DNA from: an uncultured Chloroflexia bacterium
Lineage (GTDB): Bacteria > Chloroflexota > Anaerolineae > CG2-30-64-16
Direction: 5' to 3'
DNA: 64,000 nt
Assembly: GCA_963810095.1 (NCBI GenBank)
Contig: CAWEMM010000006.1
Location: forward strand, 1,408,001 to 1,472,000
The notes under the pieces are model-generated. The model was not told the origin of the DNA. It did not search any database and saw nothing but the letters and a program-made list of their open reading frames with translations. Shown one piece after another: positions 10,036-20,173 of the stretch (the stretch's first letter is position 1; the number at the start of each line of letters is the position of its first letter). The position numbers were made by a program, and so were the translations under genes.

Positions 10036-11055
10036 GTTGCCAGGCCGCCGCCGACGGCAAGGATGAGGAAGAGGGCCCAGAGGCTGCCGATGCCCCAGCG
10101 CAGCTCGGGCATGTTGGCGAAGTTCATGCCGTAGAAGCCCGTGACCAGGCTGGCGGCCATCAGGATGATGGATGCAATGGTCAGCACCTTGACGATCTGG
10201 TTCAGGTGGTTCGACTGGAGCGACAGGTAGGAATCCGAGCGCGCTGGACAACAGATCGCGATAAGTGTCGATGTTGTCGGTCACGCGCACGATGTGGTCG
10301 TACACGTCCTGCATGTAGGCCACGTCCTCGGGTGTGAAGATGGGCAGCTCGCGGCGCAGCAGCACGTTCAGCACGTCGCGCTCGGGGGCAACGATCCGGC
10401 GCATGGAGAGCAGGTCCTTCTTCAAGCCGAAGATGCTCTGAATTGCGGCCTCGTTGAAGCGCTCGAAGATCGTGTCTTCCAGTTCCTCCACCCGGTCGGC
10501 GACGTGGTCCATGAGCGGGAAGTAGTCGTCCACGATTGCGTCGAGAAACGAGTGGACGAGCGCGCCGACGCTGCTGCCAAGGGGGCTGTCGGGCGCCTTC
10601 CAGCGGGCGAGCGTAGCCTGCACAGTGTGGGTTGGTCCCTGGTGCACGGTGACCAGGTAGTTTGGGCCCACGAACATGTTAATGGCTTCGGCCGTCACGT
10701 GGCCGTGCTGCGGGTCGAACTCAGCCTCGTAGAAAACGATGAAATAGTAGGCCTGGCGGCCCGGTTGTTCGTTGTTAGCGGGCTGGGCGATCTGCTCGTC
10801 GTCGGGGGCCAGCGGGTGCCGCAAGACCGCGTGCTGGTAGGCGTCCACCTTGGGCCGCTCGTGCGTCCGGGTGGCGTCCTCGACGGCGAGGGGATGGAAC
10901 CCGAACTCCTCGCGCAGCAGGTGGATGTCCTGCTCGTTCGGCGCCTCGATGTCGAGCCAGACTACGTTCTCGCCCGACTCCAGCACGTCGCTGATGTCCT
11001 CTGGCGCAATGTCGCTGGAGAAGGTGCGGTCCCGGCAAACGGTCAGCGTCCTCAT
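10008..11055 (-). CDS. corA: CorA magnesium/cobalt transporter (indel near 10232)
   Basis: WLDI, FHPLAVED, RPKVD, DAIVDDYF, DVYDH; the other frame gives NQIVKVLT...TGFYGMNF..MPEL, ending at TAG 10008. Confidence 0.92.
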
Positions 11056-11121
11056 GCTTCGTTCCTCTTGTCAAGTATCTATCCCGCGTGCTCTGGCTCG
11101 GTCGGAGACCAGCCAGAGCGA

Positions 11122-11249
11122 GCGTCCCATTTCAGATCGGGCCTGATTTGAAATGGGACGCCGATGCAACTGATTGAACTGATGTACACCGTCCTTTGGG
11201 TAAGAATCGTGATAATCAGTCCGATCCGTTCAATCAGTGTCCCATTTCA
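11122..11249. repeat. ~100-nt terminal-inverted-repeat element (family B, copy 1) plus an extra half-site
   Basis: TGAAATGGGACGC...ATCAGTGTCCCATTTCA; homologous to 58022-58133 and, inverted, to 51536-51624. Confidence 0.8.
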
Positions 11250-11355
11250 TCCCTCGTTGTCCAACAGCGCCGGGTGAAGGTCTTAACTGCTTCCGGGGTG
11301 ACACCGGCGCCCGAGACCTCGGAGCTCGGCCAGGCTTGGAAAGGTGTAACCGGCT

Positions 11356-11384
11356 TTGACCCGCTTACTGACATAAACTATACT
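11356..11384 (+). promoter_or_regulatory. Sigma70-type promoter
   Basis: TTGACC-17 nt-TATACT, 10 nt upstream of ATG 11395. Confidence 0.6.
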
Positions 11385-11394
11385 GCGCTTTCGC

Positions 11395-12768
11395 ATGATG
11401 CACCAACCTACGCGCGACCCCCGGCCGCGTAAGTCCGATCCCACGCTCTTGCTGGCGTTCCTGCTGCCTGTTTTCGCCTGGGCCCCGCTGACCTACCCCG
11501 GCTATTTTGTGTTCCGCAGCGGCTTCCTCCCCATCTTCAACCTGGCCGACCGGCTCGCGCAATTGGGCAATTTCGCCTGGTTGCCCGCCATCGGGACGGG
11601 CTACCACCTGCTGAGCGGGGACGGCGGACTGCCCTACCTGCTGGCGGCGGTGCCGGGCGCGTTGGGCGCGAGCCCGGCGAACGCCGTGAAGCTGCTCTTC
11701 GGGCTGGCGTTCGTGGCAGGCAGCGTGGGAGCTTATGCATGGACCCGGCGGCTGCTGCCCGACGCATGGGCTGCGCTCGTCGCCGCCGCGGCGTACGTGT
11801 TCAGTCCGATCTGGCTGCCCCTCGTGTACGTGCAGGGGGCCCTTGCCGAGGCGGTTTTGCTCGCCCTGCTGCCGTGGGTGTTGTGGGCGGCGGATTGGGC
11901 CGCCGAGGGCCAGCGAGCACGCGTCCTGATTCTCGCGCTGCTTGCAGCGGCGTGCTTGTGGACGCAAAGCGCACTGGCATTGGCGTTCCTGGTCACCGTG
12001 TTCGTCTATTTGCTCGTCCTGCTCGCTGCCCGACAGATTGCGCGGCAGGGGTTGGTGGCAGCTGCAAGCGGCCTGCTGCTGGGCCTGCTGCTCGGTGCGG
12101 TGGGGTGGCTGCCCGTCCTGATTCAACACGGACTGGGTAGGGCCGAGCCATTCGAAGGCTGGCAGTGGGCGGTGCTCCTGGCGCCGTGGGTCGGGCTCCT
12201 GGCCGGCTGGGTTGCGCTGAGGCTCGTCGCGATGCTGCCCCCGGATGCGCCGGGCGTGCGCGGCGCTGCTGCCGAGCGGGCGTCTGCGGAGCGCCACAGC
12301 CTGTTCGCCGCCCTGATCGGACTCCTGCTGTTGAGCATGGCCGGCAACCTGCAGCCTGTCGCGGGCGCTGGCCCGGTCGCGACTGCGCCGCTCGCCGTTT
12401 TCGGCGCGAACGAGATCGCGCTGTTGAGCGTCGAAACGGAAGGGACGCCCGGACCCGGCGGGACCGTCGCGCTCGACGTTGAGTGGCAGGCGCTGAAGCC
12501 GCTGGATCGCGATTACACCGTCTTCTTTCATGTGCTCGCCGCGGACGATCAGCGATACGGGCAGTTGGACACGATGCCGCAGGCGGGCAAGCTCCCCACG
12601 TCGCAGTGGCAGCCGGGCGAGGTGATCCGCGACCGTTACCAGGTGGAAATGGACCCGAAAGCGCCCATCCGCAGCGATTACAGCTACTGGCTCGGCTGGT
12701 ACCTGGGTGAGACGGGGAACGCCTGCCCGCGGTGCAGGCGGGCTCGACCGGCGATAAATTCGTGGTGA
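11395..12768 (+). CDS. PTPS-related (GT-C-like) polytopic membrane protein with C-terminal extracellular domain
   Basis: Many TMs, VYVQGALAE motif, C-terminal WQALKPLDRDYTVFFHV..QLD..P....PTSQWQPGEVIRD; probable indel near the 3' end. Confidence 0.7.
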   Translation: MMHQPTRDPRPRKSDPTLLLAFLLPVFAWAPLTYPGYFVFRSGFLPIFNLADRLAQLGNFAWLPAIGTGYHLLSGDGGLPYLLAAVPGALGASPANAVKLLFGLAFVAGSVGAYAWTRRLLPDAWAALVAAAAYVFSPIWLPLVYVQGALAEAVLLALLPWVLWAADWAAEGQRARVLILALLAAACLWTQSALALAFLVTVFVYLLVLLAARQIARQGLVAAASGLLLGLLLGAVGWLPVLIQHGLGRAEPFEGWQWAVLLAPWVGLLAGWVALRLVAMLPPDAPGVRGAAAERASAERHSLFAALIGLLLLSMAGNLQPVAGAGPVATAPLAVFGANEIALLSVETEGTPGPGGTVALDVEWQALKPLDRDYTVFFHVLAADDQRYGQLDTMPQAGKLPTSQWQPGEVIRDRYQVEMDPKAPIRSDYSYWLGWYLGETGNACPRCRRARPAINSW

Positions 12769-12782
12769 AACCGTGATAGGCT

Positions 12783-14716
12783 ATGGTCCCGATGAGCACT
12801 GATTCGATGGCCCGGGCCGGGCGGCGTGCGGAGTGGGTCTATGCGGGCCTCGTACTGCTGTTTGGCTTGGTCGTGATCGCGCCGCTGTTGCAGCCCGGTT
12901 ACTTCTGGGGCGCGCACGACGCACGGCACGACGTCTACTTTATCCAGCAGTACGGCCTCTCGTTCAAAGAAGGCATCCTCTGGCCGCGCTGGTCGCCCGA
13001 CTGGACGTTCGGCTACGGCTATCCGTTCTTCACCATCTACGCGCCCTTGTCCACTTTCGCGGGCGTGTTGTTCAACCAGGTGGCGGGCCTCGGATACGAG
13101 GCAAGCGTCAAGGCGGTGCTGGCGCTCTCGGTGCTCGGCTCCGGGCTGGCGATGTACGGCTTCGTGCGCTCGTGGCTGGGCCGGCGTGCCGGGCTGGTCG
13201 CCGCAGTCGCCTATATGGCGGTGCCGTATCACCTCGTCAACCTGTTTGTGCGGGCGGCCCTGGCCGAGTCGGTGGCGCTCGCCTTCCTGCCGCTGGCCCT
13301 CTGGGCCTTCAGAGAGGCAGTCGTCCGCCCCCGAATCCGGTCCGTCGTCGCGGCGGGGTTGACGTTTGGCGCAATCATGTGGACCAGCAACCTCGTGGCG
13401 CTGGTCTTCACCCCCGGGTTGGCCGCGTACGTCCTCGTGCTGATCTTGCTGGAGGCGCGCGGGCGCCAGGCAGAAGGCCGGAGTTTTCTGCGCAGCCTGT
13501 GGACGCCCGACACGCTGCGCAGCGTCCTGGCGCCCGGGCTTGCGCTCGCGCTGGGGCTCGGCCTCAGCGCGGCCTTCTTCGTCCCCGCGCTGGTCGAGCA
13601 AGGGTCGTACATCAACAAGACGCAGTGGTTCGGCGATTACTACAATCCCGAGCAGCACTTTGTCTACTTCAACCAGTTGTTCGATCCGCGTTGGGGCTTC
13701 GGCATCAGCCAGGCCGGACCGGACGATGCCGCACAGGGCAGCCTGAGCTACCAGTTGGGCGCGGCCGCGACGTTGTTCTCGATTATCGCGCTGGCGCTGA
13801 GCGGGCGCTTTCGGCCGCGCGTGCGGGCCGAGCTGCGCTTCTGGGGCCTCTGGCTGGTCGTTGCGGTCTTCCTGATGCTGCCCGTTTCGGTGCTGGCCTG
13901 GCGCTACGTGCCCATCGTCCCGTACGCGCAGTTCCCATGGCGCTACCTGATGCTGGCGATCCTCCCCCTGAGCATCCTGCCGGGCGCACTGATTGCGCTG
14001 CCCGGGGCTGCCGACCGGCGTCCTTCGACTGCGCTCCCTTCGGTCGCTCCGCTCAGGATGCCGGAGGGTGCGGGTGGCGCGCTGGGGGCGTCTTCCCCGC
14101 CTTCGTGTTGAGCCTTGTGCTGCTGCTCTCCAGCGCGCCCTACCTCCAGGTTGAGATTCGCGAGCCGACGGCCGAGCAAGGCCCGGTGTCGATGGCCGCC
14201 CTGATGCGCTTCCAGCGCACGAGCGACGAGATGACCGGAGTCACCGCCTGGGTGGACCCGGCCCAGCGGCCCATTTGGTCGACGATGGCCGACCTGTGGG
14301 TGCAGGGGCAGGCAGTCACCAGCCGGGTGGACTACTCGCAGGTGCCGCAGAACGAGACGCTGGCGATCAACACGGAAGACGTGGGGACCGCCCACGAACA
14401 GATCTTCTTCTATGCCAAGGACCCCGGCAAGTCGATCACGTTCAATCGCTTCTGGTATCCCGGCTGGACGGCGTGGCTGCTGGATGGGAAGAACGGCCGG
14501 CCGGTGCGCAAGTTGGATTTGCAGCGTGAGGACGGGCCGCTTGCACGCATCGTGGTGCCCATCCCCCAGGGTGAGGGCTACATTTTGCTGCGCTTTGAGG
14601 ATACACCACTGCGGCGGGTGTCCAAGCTGGTGACGCTGGCATTCGTAATTGGCCTGTTGGCAATACTGGCGGTCGCGTACGTGCTGAGGCGCCGCCGGTC
14701 AGGGAGGAGTGCATGA
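12783..14716 (+). CDS. PTPS-related / YfhO-like GT-C membrane protein (indel near 14085)
   Basis: AHDARH, PRWSPD..FGYGYPFF..YAPL, VRAALAE, QFPWRYL, and C-terminal FWYPGWTA in the second frame. Confidence 0.8.
14015..14064. repeat. Palindromic repeat embedded in the CDS
   Basis: CCGGCGTCCTTCGACTGCGCTCCCTTCGGTCGCTCCGCTCAGGATGCCGG; related intergenic copy at ~30484-30515. Confidence 0.6.
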
Positions 14717-15285
14717 TCTCAGATAATTTGTGGACCGGTCCCAACCTGCGTCTGACCGGCCTGGAGCGATTCGATGCCCGGGCCTTCTCCATGTGGCACA
14801 ACGATGCGGGCTTTTTGCGGCTGCTCGATGCGGAATATGCGCGCCCCCGCAGCGAGGACGAGTGCGTCAAGTGGTTCGAGGATTGGCAGCGAGACGCGAA
14901 GATGATTGCCTTTGCCGTGCGCCCGCTGGCCGCCGACGACCTGGTTGGCGTCGTGATGCTGGAAAGCATCCTCTTCCAGCACGGGGTCGCATGGTTGGGC
15001 ATGGGCTTTGGCAATCGCGAGCAGTGGGGCAAGGGGTACGGCCGCGAAGCGATGTCGCTCATCCTCCGGTATGCCTTCAGCGAGCTGAATTTCCACCGGG
15101 TGCAAGCCAGCGTGTTCGAATACAACACGCTTTCCATCGGGATGTGCGAGCGGGCGGGGTTCCGGCGTGAGGGTGTGTTTCGAGAGTTCCTGCTGCGCGA
15201 CGGCCGGCGCTACGACATGTACCTTTACGGCGTATTACGTGCAGAGTGGGCGGCCCTGAACGGCGGAGGAGAAGACATTGGCTGA
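14713..15285 (+). CDS. GNAT N-acetyltransferase, RimJ/RimL family
   Basis: WGKGYGREAM, FSELNFHRV, N..SI...ERAGFRREG..R. Confidence 0.9.
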   Translation: MISDNLWTGPNLRLTGLERFDARAFSMWHNDAGFLRLLDAEYARPRSEDECVKWFEDWQRDAKMIAFAVRPLAADDLVGVVMLESILFQHGVAWLGMGFGNREQWGKGYGREAMSLILRYAFSELNFHRVQASVFEYNTLSIGMCERAGFRREGVFREFLLRDGRRYDMYLYGVLRAEWAALNGGGEDIG

Positions 15286-16090
15286 CGAACGGCCGTTGAT
15301 CCTGTTGACCAACGACGACGGGATTGCTTCGCCCGGGTTGCTGGCGGCAGCGGAGGCGGTGTGCGACCTGGGCGAACTGCTAATTGTCGCGCCCGCCACC
15401 CAACAGACAGGGATGGGTCGCGGCACGCCGCCGATCCTAAACGGGGCGCTGACGGTCGAGACGCTGCGGGTCGGGTGCGAGGACGTCCGTGTGTATGCAT
15501 TGAACGGCTCGCCCGCGCAGACGGTCGTGATTGCGGTGCTTGGCATCGCGGAGCGGCGGCCGGCGCTGGTGGTCTCAGGCATCAACCACGGCGAGAACCT
15601 GGGCACGGCGGTGACCGGGTCGGGCACGGTTGGGGCGGCGCTGCAGGCGGCCGAAATGGGGATTCCGGGCTTGGCCGTATCGCTCGAGGTCGAGAAGGTC
15701 TACCACTACAACCACGCCGAAGACTTGCACTGGAGCGCGGCCGCGCACTTTACGCGCTATTTTGCACAGCGCATGCTGGCCCAGACCATGCCGTTCGACG
15801 TCGACGTGCTCAAGGTGGACGTGCCGGCCGAGGCGACTGCCGAGACGCCCTGGCGTATCACAAGACAGGCGCGGCAGTCGTATTACAAGGTCTATCCGCC
15901 AAAGATGCGTCTGGCGCCCGGGCCGCTGGCAGAGCTCGACTATGGGATCGAGATCGATTGGGATGACCTGCCGCAGGACACGGACGTCTACGTCTTTGCG
16001 CGCGAGCGGGTGGTGTCGGTGACGCCGTTGAGCCAGGATCTGACGTCACGTACGGACGTTGCCGGCCTGGAGCGCCTGCTGCGGGGCTAG
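15278..16090 (+). CDS. surE: 5'/3'-nucleotidase SurE
   Basis: ILLTNDDGI.SPGL, VAPATQQTG, GSPA, VVSGINHGENLG...SGTVGAA. Confidence 0.95.
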   Translation: MADERPLILLTNDDGIASPGLLAAAEAVCDLGELLIVAPATQQTGMGRGTPPILNGALTVETLRVGCEDVRVYALNGSPAQTVVIAVLGIAERRPALVVSGINHGENLGTAVTGSGTVGAALQAAEMGIPGLAVSLEVEKVYHYNHAEDLHWSAAAHFTRYFAQRMLAQTMPFDVDVLKVDVPAEATAETPWRITRQARQSYYKVYPPKMRLAPGPLAELDYGIEIDWDDLPQDTDVYVFARERVVSVTPLSQDLTSRTDVAGLERLLRG

Positions 16091-16138
16091 TGTTTGGTGG
16101 GCGACCGGCCAGAGCATGACGGGGCAAATGGTGATGTT

Positions 16139-16470
16139 TGTTGGGGGCCGTCTGGCCCCCAACGCCCCCGACGGGGGGCTGCGCCCCCTCGTCCCCCAAA
16201 GGTTAAGGGGACGCGTGGCTTCCGCCAATTGGCCCATTTGAGCGTCCACATGGCGGGGCCAGACGGAAGCGGCTTGCGGGAAACCGGCATTTTGTGGAAG
16301 CACGGTTCTGATGCCGACTGCCGTGAGCGAGTCCGGCTGCTGCCCGCTGTCAACACGGCCGGGGGCGTTGACCTTGGGGGTTTCGGGGGCAAGGCCCCCG
16401 AGGCGGGGGCGGCGGGGCAAGCCTGCCCCCGCCAAGACAAGATGTAGCAAGGGCGGCGGGGCAAGCCGGC
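16139..16470. repeat. Double-hairpin-bounded interspersed element, copy 2
   Basis: GTTGGGGGCCGTCTGGCCCCCAAC, GGGGGCTGCGCCCCC, CCCCCAA, 174-nt core, TTGGGGG, CGGGGGCAAGGCCCCCG, GGCGGGGCAAGCCTGCCCCCGCC. Confidence 0.8.
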
Positions 16471-16493
16471 CACAACAGTGAGGTTAATTGACA

Positions 16494-18170
16494 ATGTCGA
16501 AACGTCTGCTTGCATTATTCCTGATTCTTCTAGTCAGCCTGGTCCTGGCTGCGTGCGGCGGGCCGGCCACCCAGCCGCTGAGCTACCGCCCCGCGCCGTG
16601 GCAGAGCGGGGAGGTCAGCCGGTACGACCTGGTGGACCGCGGCGGCGCCACCGTTGGCACGGCCGAGTGGACGTGGCAGCGCGCCGGCGATCAGTGGCGC
16701 CAAGGCTACACCGTGACCGTCAACGGCGTGCCAGACACGGGCGAGGTCGTGCTCGACAACAGCTTGAAGTCGTTGAGCTCGTGGCGCGAGGTGGGCGGCA
16801 AGCGCTTCGATACCACGTACGGCGCGAAGACCATCGAGGTCAAGACGACGGCCGCGGACGGCACGGTCACGACGAAGAGCCTGCCCGCACCGGCCGACGC
16901 AATCGACAACGACGTCTCGCTGCAGATTCAGCGGGCAATGCCGCTGGCGGCGGGCTATGCGACCCGCTACACCGACATTATCCCGACCACGGGCGGCGCG
17001 GCGCCCATCGTTCTGAGCGTCACCGGCGCCGAAACGATCACGGTTCCCGCGGGCACGTTCCCGACGTGGAAGGTCAAGATGGCGGTGGGGTCGACCGCGC
17101 ACGAGGCGTGGTACGCGCAGCAAGCGCCCTACGCGATGGTGAAATACCTCAACTCGGGCTCGGGTGCGCAGTTCGTGCTGACCGGCCTGGCAGGTGCCGC
17201 ATCTGCGACGGCGTCACAGCCGGCGGCCACCCCGGTTCCGGGCGCGGCTGCAGTTGCTGGCGAACCGGGGGCCATGGCGCCCATCAACTGGCTCTACCTC
17301 GCGCTTGTCGTGTTCATCCAATTGCCCTTCCTGCTTGGCTTGCCGATCGTCTTGGGCTGGTGGATCAAGCGGCGGTATGGCATCGGCTGGGGGGTGTTCG
17401 GGTGGGGCGCACTCTCGTTCATCCTGTCGCAGGTCGTCCATATCCCGCTCAACATGGCGCTGGGCCTGATCGGCGCGCCGCCCCGGGGCGTGGCCCTGGC
17501 GTCCCCCTTCGTGCTCGGCCTGGTCGCCGGCCTGAGCGCGGCGGTGTGCGAGGAAGGTATGCGGCTGCTCGTGATCACCGTCTTCGCTAAGAAGATTCGC
17601 GGCTGGCGCCCCAGTTTGCAGTTCGGCGCGGGGCACGGCGGCGCGGAGAGCATCATTCTCGGCCTGCTGGTGGCCGTGAATCTGATCGGCATCCTGGCCT
17701 CGCGCAACCTCGGCGCGATTGGACAAGTGCTGCCCCCCGAGGCAGCCGCACAACTGCAGGCCGCGCAGGCCGCATTCTGGGGCCAGAGCCCCTGGATTCC
17801 ATTCGTCAGCGTGATCGAGCGCATTTCGGCTCTCGCCTTGCAGGTGTCGCTGGCCGTGCTCGTAGTGGCTTCCGTTACGCGGCGCCGGCCGCTCTACTTC
17901 GTCGCCGCGCTTGCGCTGCACACCGTGGTCGATGGTTGGACGATCTGGGCGCAGCCGCTCGGTGTGGCTGCGATCGAAGCCGGGGTGGCGCTGGCGGGAC
18001 TCCTGGCCCTGTGGATTATCTGGCGGCTGCGTGAGCAACCCGCTGCCCTCCAACCCGTATTAACAGGTGAAGCGGGCAGCAGCCCGGTTCCGAACGCAGC
18101 CGACCTGTCCGAGCAGGCGCTTTCACCTGATGAGCTGGCCCGGCGGGCCGAGCGGTCGCGGTACGAGTAA
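16494..18170 (+). CDS. Lipoprotein beta-rich domain (DUF3108-like) fused to a YhfC/PrsW-type intramembrane glutamic protease
   Basis: LAAC lipobox; ETITVPAGTF motif; C-terminal TMs with CEEGMR, GAGHGGAE, IER and LHTVVD. Confidence 0.75.
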   Translation: MSKRLLALFLILLVSLVLAACGGPATQPLSYRPAPWQSGEVSRYDLVDRGGATVGTAEWTWQRAGDQWRQGYTVTVNGVPDTGEVVLDNSLKSLSSWREVGGKRFDTTYGAKTIEVKTTAADGTVTTKSLPAPADAIDNDVSLQIQRAMPLAAGYATRYTDIIPTTGGAAPIVLSVTGAETITVPAGTFPTWKVKMAVGSTAHEAWYAQQAPYAMVKYLNSGSGAQFVLTGLAGAASATASQPAATPVPGAAAVAGEPGAMAPINWLYLALVVFIQLPFLLGLPIVLGWWIKRRYGIGWGVFGWGALSFILSQVVHIPLNMALGLIGAPPRGVALASPFVLGLVAGLSAAVCEEGMRLLVITVFAKKIRGWRPSLQFGAGHGGAESIILGLLVAVNLIGILASRNLGAIGQVLPPEAAAQLQAAQAAFWGQSPWIPFVSVIERISALALQVSLAVLVVASVTRRRPLYFVAALALHTVVDGWTIWAQPLGVAAIEAGVALAGLLALWIIWRLREQPAALQPVLTGEAGSSPVPNAADLSEQALSPDELARRAERSRYE

Positions 18171-18181
18171 GCGAGGATTCG

Positions 18182-19150
18182 ATGATTCGCACAGAGGCAT
18201 TATCAAAACACTTCGAGAGCGACGGCCGAACAATCAAGGCCGTCGACGGGCTGGACCTCCAGGTGCAGGAAGGGGAGGTGTTCGGCTTTCTCGGCCCCAA
18301 TGGCGCGGGAAAGACGACCAGCGTCCGCCTGCTGACCAGCCTGATTGCGCCAACGGGCGGCCGCGCCTGGGTCAACGGCCTGCAGTTGGGCGAGGACGAC
18401 GCGAAGATCCGGGCCAGCGTCGGCATTCTGACCGAGTCGCCCGGGCTGTACGAGCGGCTGAGCGCGTTCTATAACCTGCAGATTTTCGGCGAGCTGTACG
18501 GGTGCAAGGACCCGAAGGGGCAGGCCGAGAAGTACCTGCGGCTGCTGGAGTTGTGGGACCGCAAGGACACCGAGGCCGGAACGTTCTCGAAAGGCATGAA
18601 GCAGAAGCTGGCCATCGCGCGGGCGTTGCTCCACGAGCCGCCGGTCGTGTTTCTTGACGAGCCGACCTCGGCGCTTGACCCTGAGTCGGCCAAGACCGTG
18701 CGCGAGTTTATCGAGACGCTGCGCGGACAAGGGCGCACCATCTTCCTCTGCACCCATAACCTGGACGAGGCGGAGCGACTCTGCGACCGGATCGGCGTGT
18801 TCAAGCAGCGGTTGATCGCCGTGGACACGCCCGACGCGCTACGCAAGAAACTCTTTGGCCGCCAGACCGTGATCCACCTGGCGCCGGGCAGCGAAGCGGG
18901 GCGGCTGGCGGGGGCTGTCGAGTGCTTGCCGGGCATCAAGCACGTGGAGACGCTGCCTGCGGCCGACGGCGAATCGCCCAAGCTGGTGATCAGCCTGAAT
19001 GAGCCGGCCCAGCAGAACCCTGCCATCGTGCGCGCCCTTATCGAGCAGGGTGCGGCCATCCAGTTCGTGAATGAGCTTCGGCATTCGTTGGAAGATGTGT
19101 ACCTGAGCCTGATCCACAGCGGTCCGACCGGAGAAGGGGGCGCCAAGTGA
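18182..19150 (+). CDS. ABC transporter ATP-binding protein (ABC-2 exporter type)
   Basis: GPNGAGKTT, FSKGMKQK, FLDEPT, CTH. Confidence 0.95.
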   Translation: MIRTEALSKHFESDGRTIKAVDGLDLQVQEGEVFGFLGPNGAGKTTSVRLLTSLIAPTGGRAWVNGLQLGEDDAKIRASVGILTESPGLYERLSAFYNLQIFGELYGCKDPKGQAEKYLRLLELWDRKDTEAGTFSKGMKQKLAIARALLHEPPVVFLDEPTSALDPESAKTVREFIETLRGQGRTIFLCTHNLDEAERLCDRIGVFKQRLIAVDTPDALRKKLFGRQTVIHLAPGSEAGRLAGAVECLPGIKHVETLPAADGESPKLVISLNEPAQQNPAIVRALIEQGAAIQFVNELRHSLEDVYLSLIHSGPTGEGGAK

Positions 19151-19938
19151 GCGCGATAGGCACAGTGGTTAAGAAAGAGTGGATGGAGGTCCGCCGGAAC
19201 AAGCTGGTGCTGTCCGTCGTGCTTTTCATCCCACTGCTGATGACGGCGATTCCGCTCGTGATGATGGGGATTATGGGCCGGGTCGGCGCGAGTGCGAGCG
19301 ATATGGAAGAAATGAGCATGATGCTCAAGAACCCCATCTTCCAGGGCATGAGCCCCAACGAAGCCATCCAGGCAACGTTGGCGTCGAACTTCCTTGTGCT
19401 CTTCCTGATGATGCCGCTAATGGTGCCGGTGACGATCGCTGCCTACAGCATCGTGGGCGAGAAGGTTACTCGCTCGCTCGAACCGCTGCTTGCGACGCCC
19501 ATCAGCACCACCCGGTTGCTGCTGGCAAAGGGGATTGCCGCGGCCGTGCCGGGCATCCTGGGCGCGTGGATCGCCTACGTGGTTTTCCTGATAGGCGCTC
19601 GCTTCCTGGCCGTCAGCGACCAGGTGTTTGCGATCTTTCTGAACCCGATGTGGTTGGTCGCTATGCTGGTGCTGGCGCCCCTGCTGACGATCATGGCGGT
19701 CAACGTTGGCATTATCGTCAGCAGCCGCACGTCAGACCCGCGCGCCGCAGAGCAGCTCGGCAGCCTGATCATCCTGCCGCTGATGGTGCTGTTTCTCGGC
19801 CCGCTGGCCGGCTTCATCCAGCTCAACGTGACCACCTTCATGGTTGCGGCGCTGATTGCCCTGGCGGCCGACGTCGTACTGGTGTATCTGGGCGTGAAGC
19901 TGTTCCAGCGTGAGACGATCCTGACCCGCTGGAAGTAG
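19147..19938 (+). CDS. ABC-2 type permease
   Basis: KKEW...RRN, SIVGEK..RSLEPLLATPI, about 6 TMs; overlaps the ATPase stop. Confidence 0.9.
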   Translation: MSAIGTVVKKEWMEVRRNKLVLSVVLFIPLLMTAIPLVMMGIMGRVGASASDMEEMSMMLKNPIFQGMSPNEAIQATLASNFLVLFLMMPLMVPVTIAAYSIVGEKVTRSLEPLLATPISTTRLLLAKGIAAAVPGILGAWIAYVVFLIGARFLAVSDQVFAIFLNPMWLVAMLVLAPLLTIMAVNVGIIVSSRTSDPRAAEQLGSLIILPLMVLFLGPLAGFIQLNVTTFMVAALIALAADVVLVYLGVKLFQRETILTRWK

Positions 19939-19980
19939 GGGCATCGCGCACCCGGCCGCGCATCTCGGCAGTCGATTGAA

Positions 19981-20058
19981 ACACCAAGAACCGAAGAACC
20001 AAAGGTGCACGAAGCCCAAGAGGCTTTGCGGACCTTAGGCTTCTTCGGTTCTTCGTGT
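19981..20058. repeat. Long imperfect inverted repeat built of CGAAGAA-like units
   Basis: ACACCAAGAACCGAAGAACC...GGCTTCTTCGGTTCTTCGTGT. Confidence 0.65.
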
Positions 20059-20103
20059 GAACGGCCGTCCGCACAGGGGTCTTGCCCGTGTTGACGATCT
20101 CGG

Positions 20104-20138
20104 CGAGGGAACTTATGCTTGAGTTCCCTCGTTTTGTT
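20104..20138 (+). terminator. Rho-independent terminator candidate
   Basis: CGAGGGAACT...AGTTCCCTCG stem followed by TTTTGTT. Confidence 0.55.
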
Positions 20139-20173
20139 GGCGGGGTTTTTTCCCATTCAGAGGAGGCGGCGTA

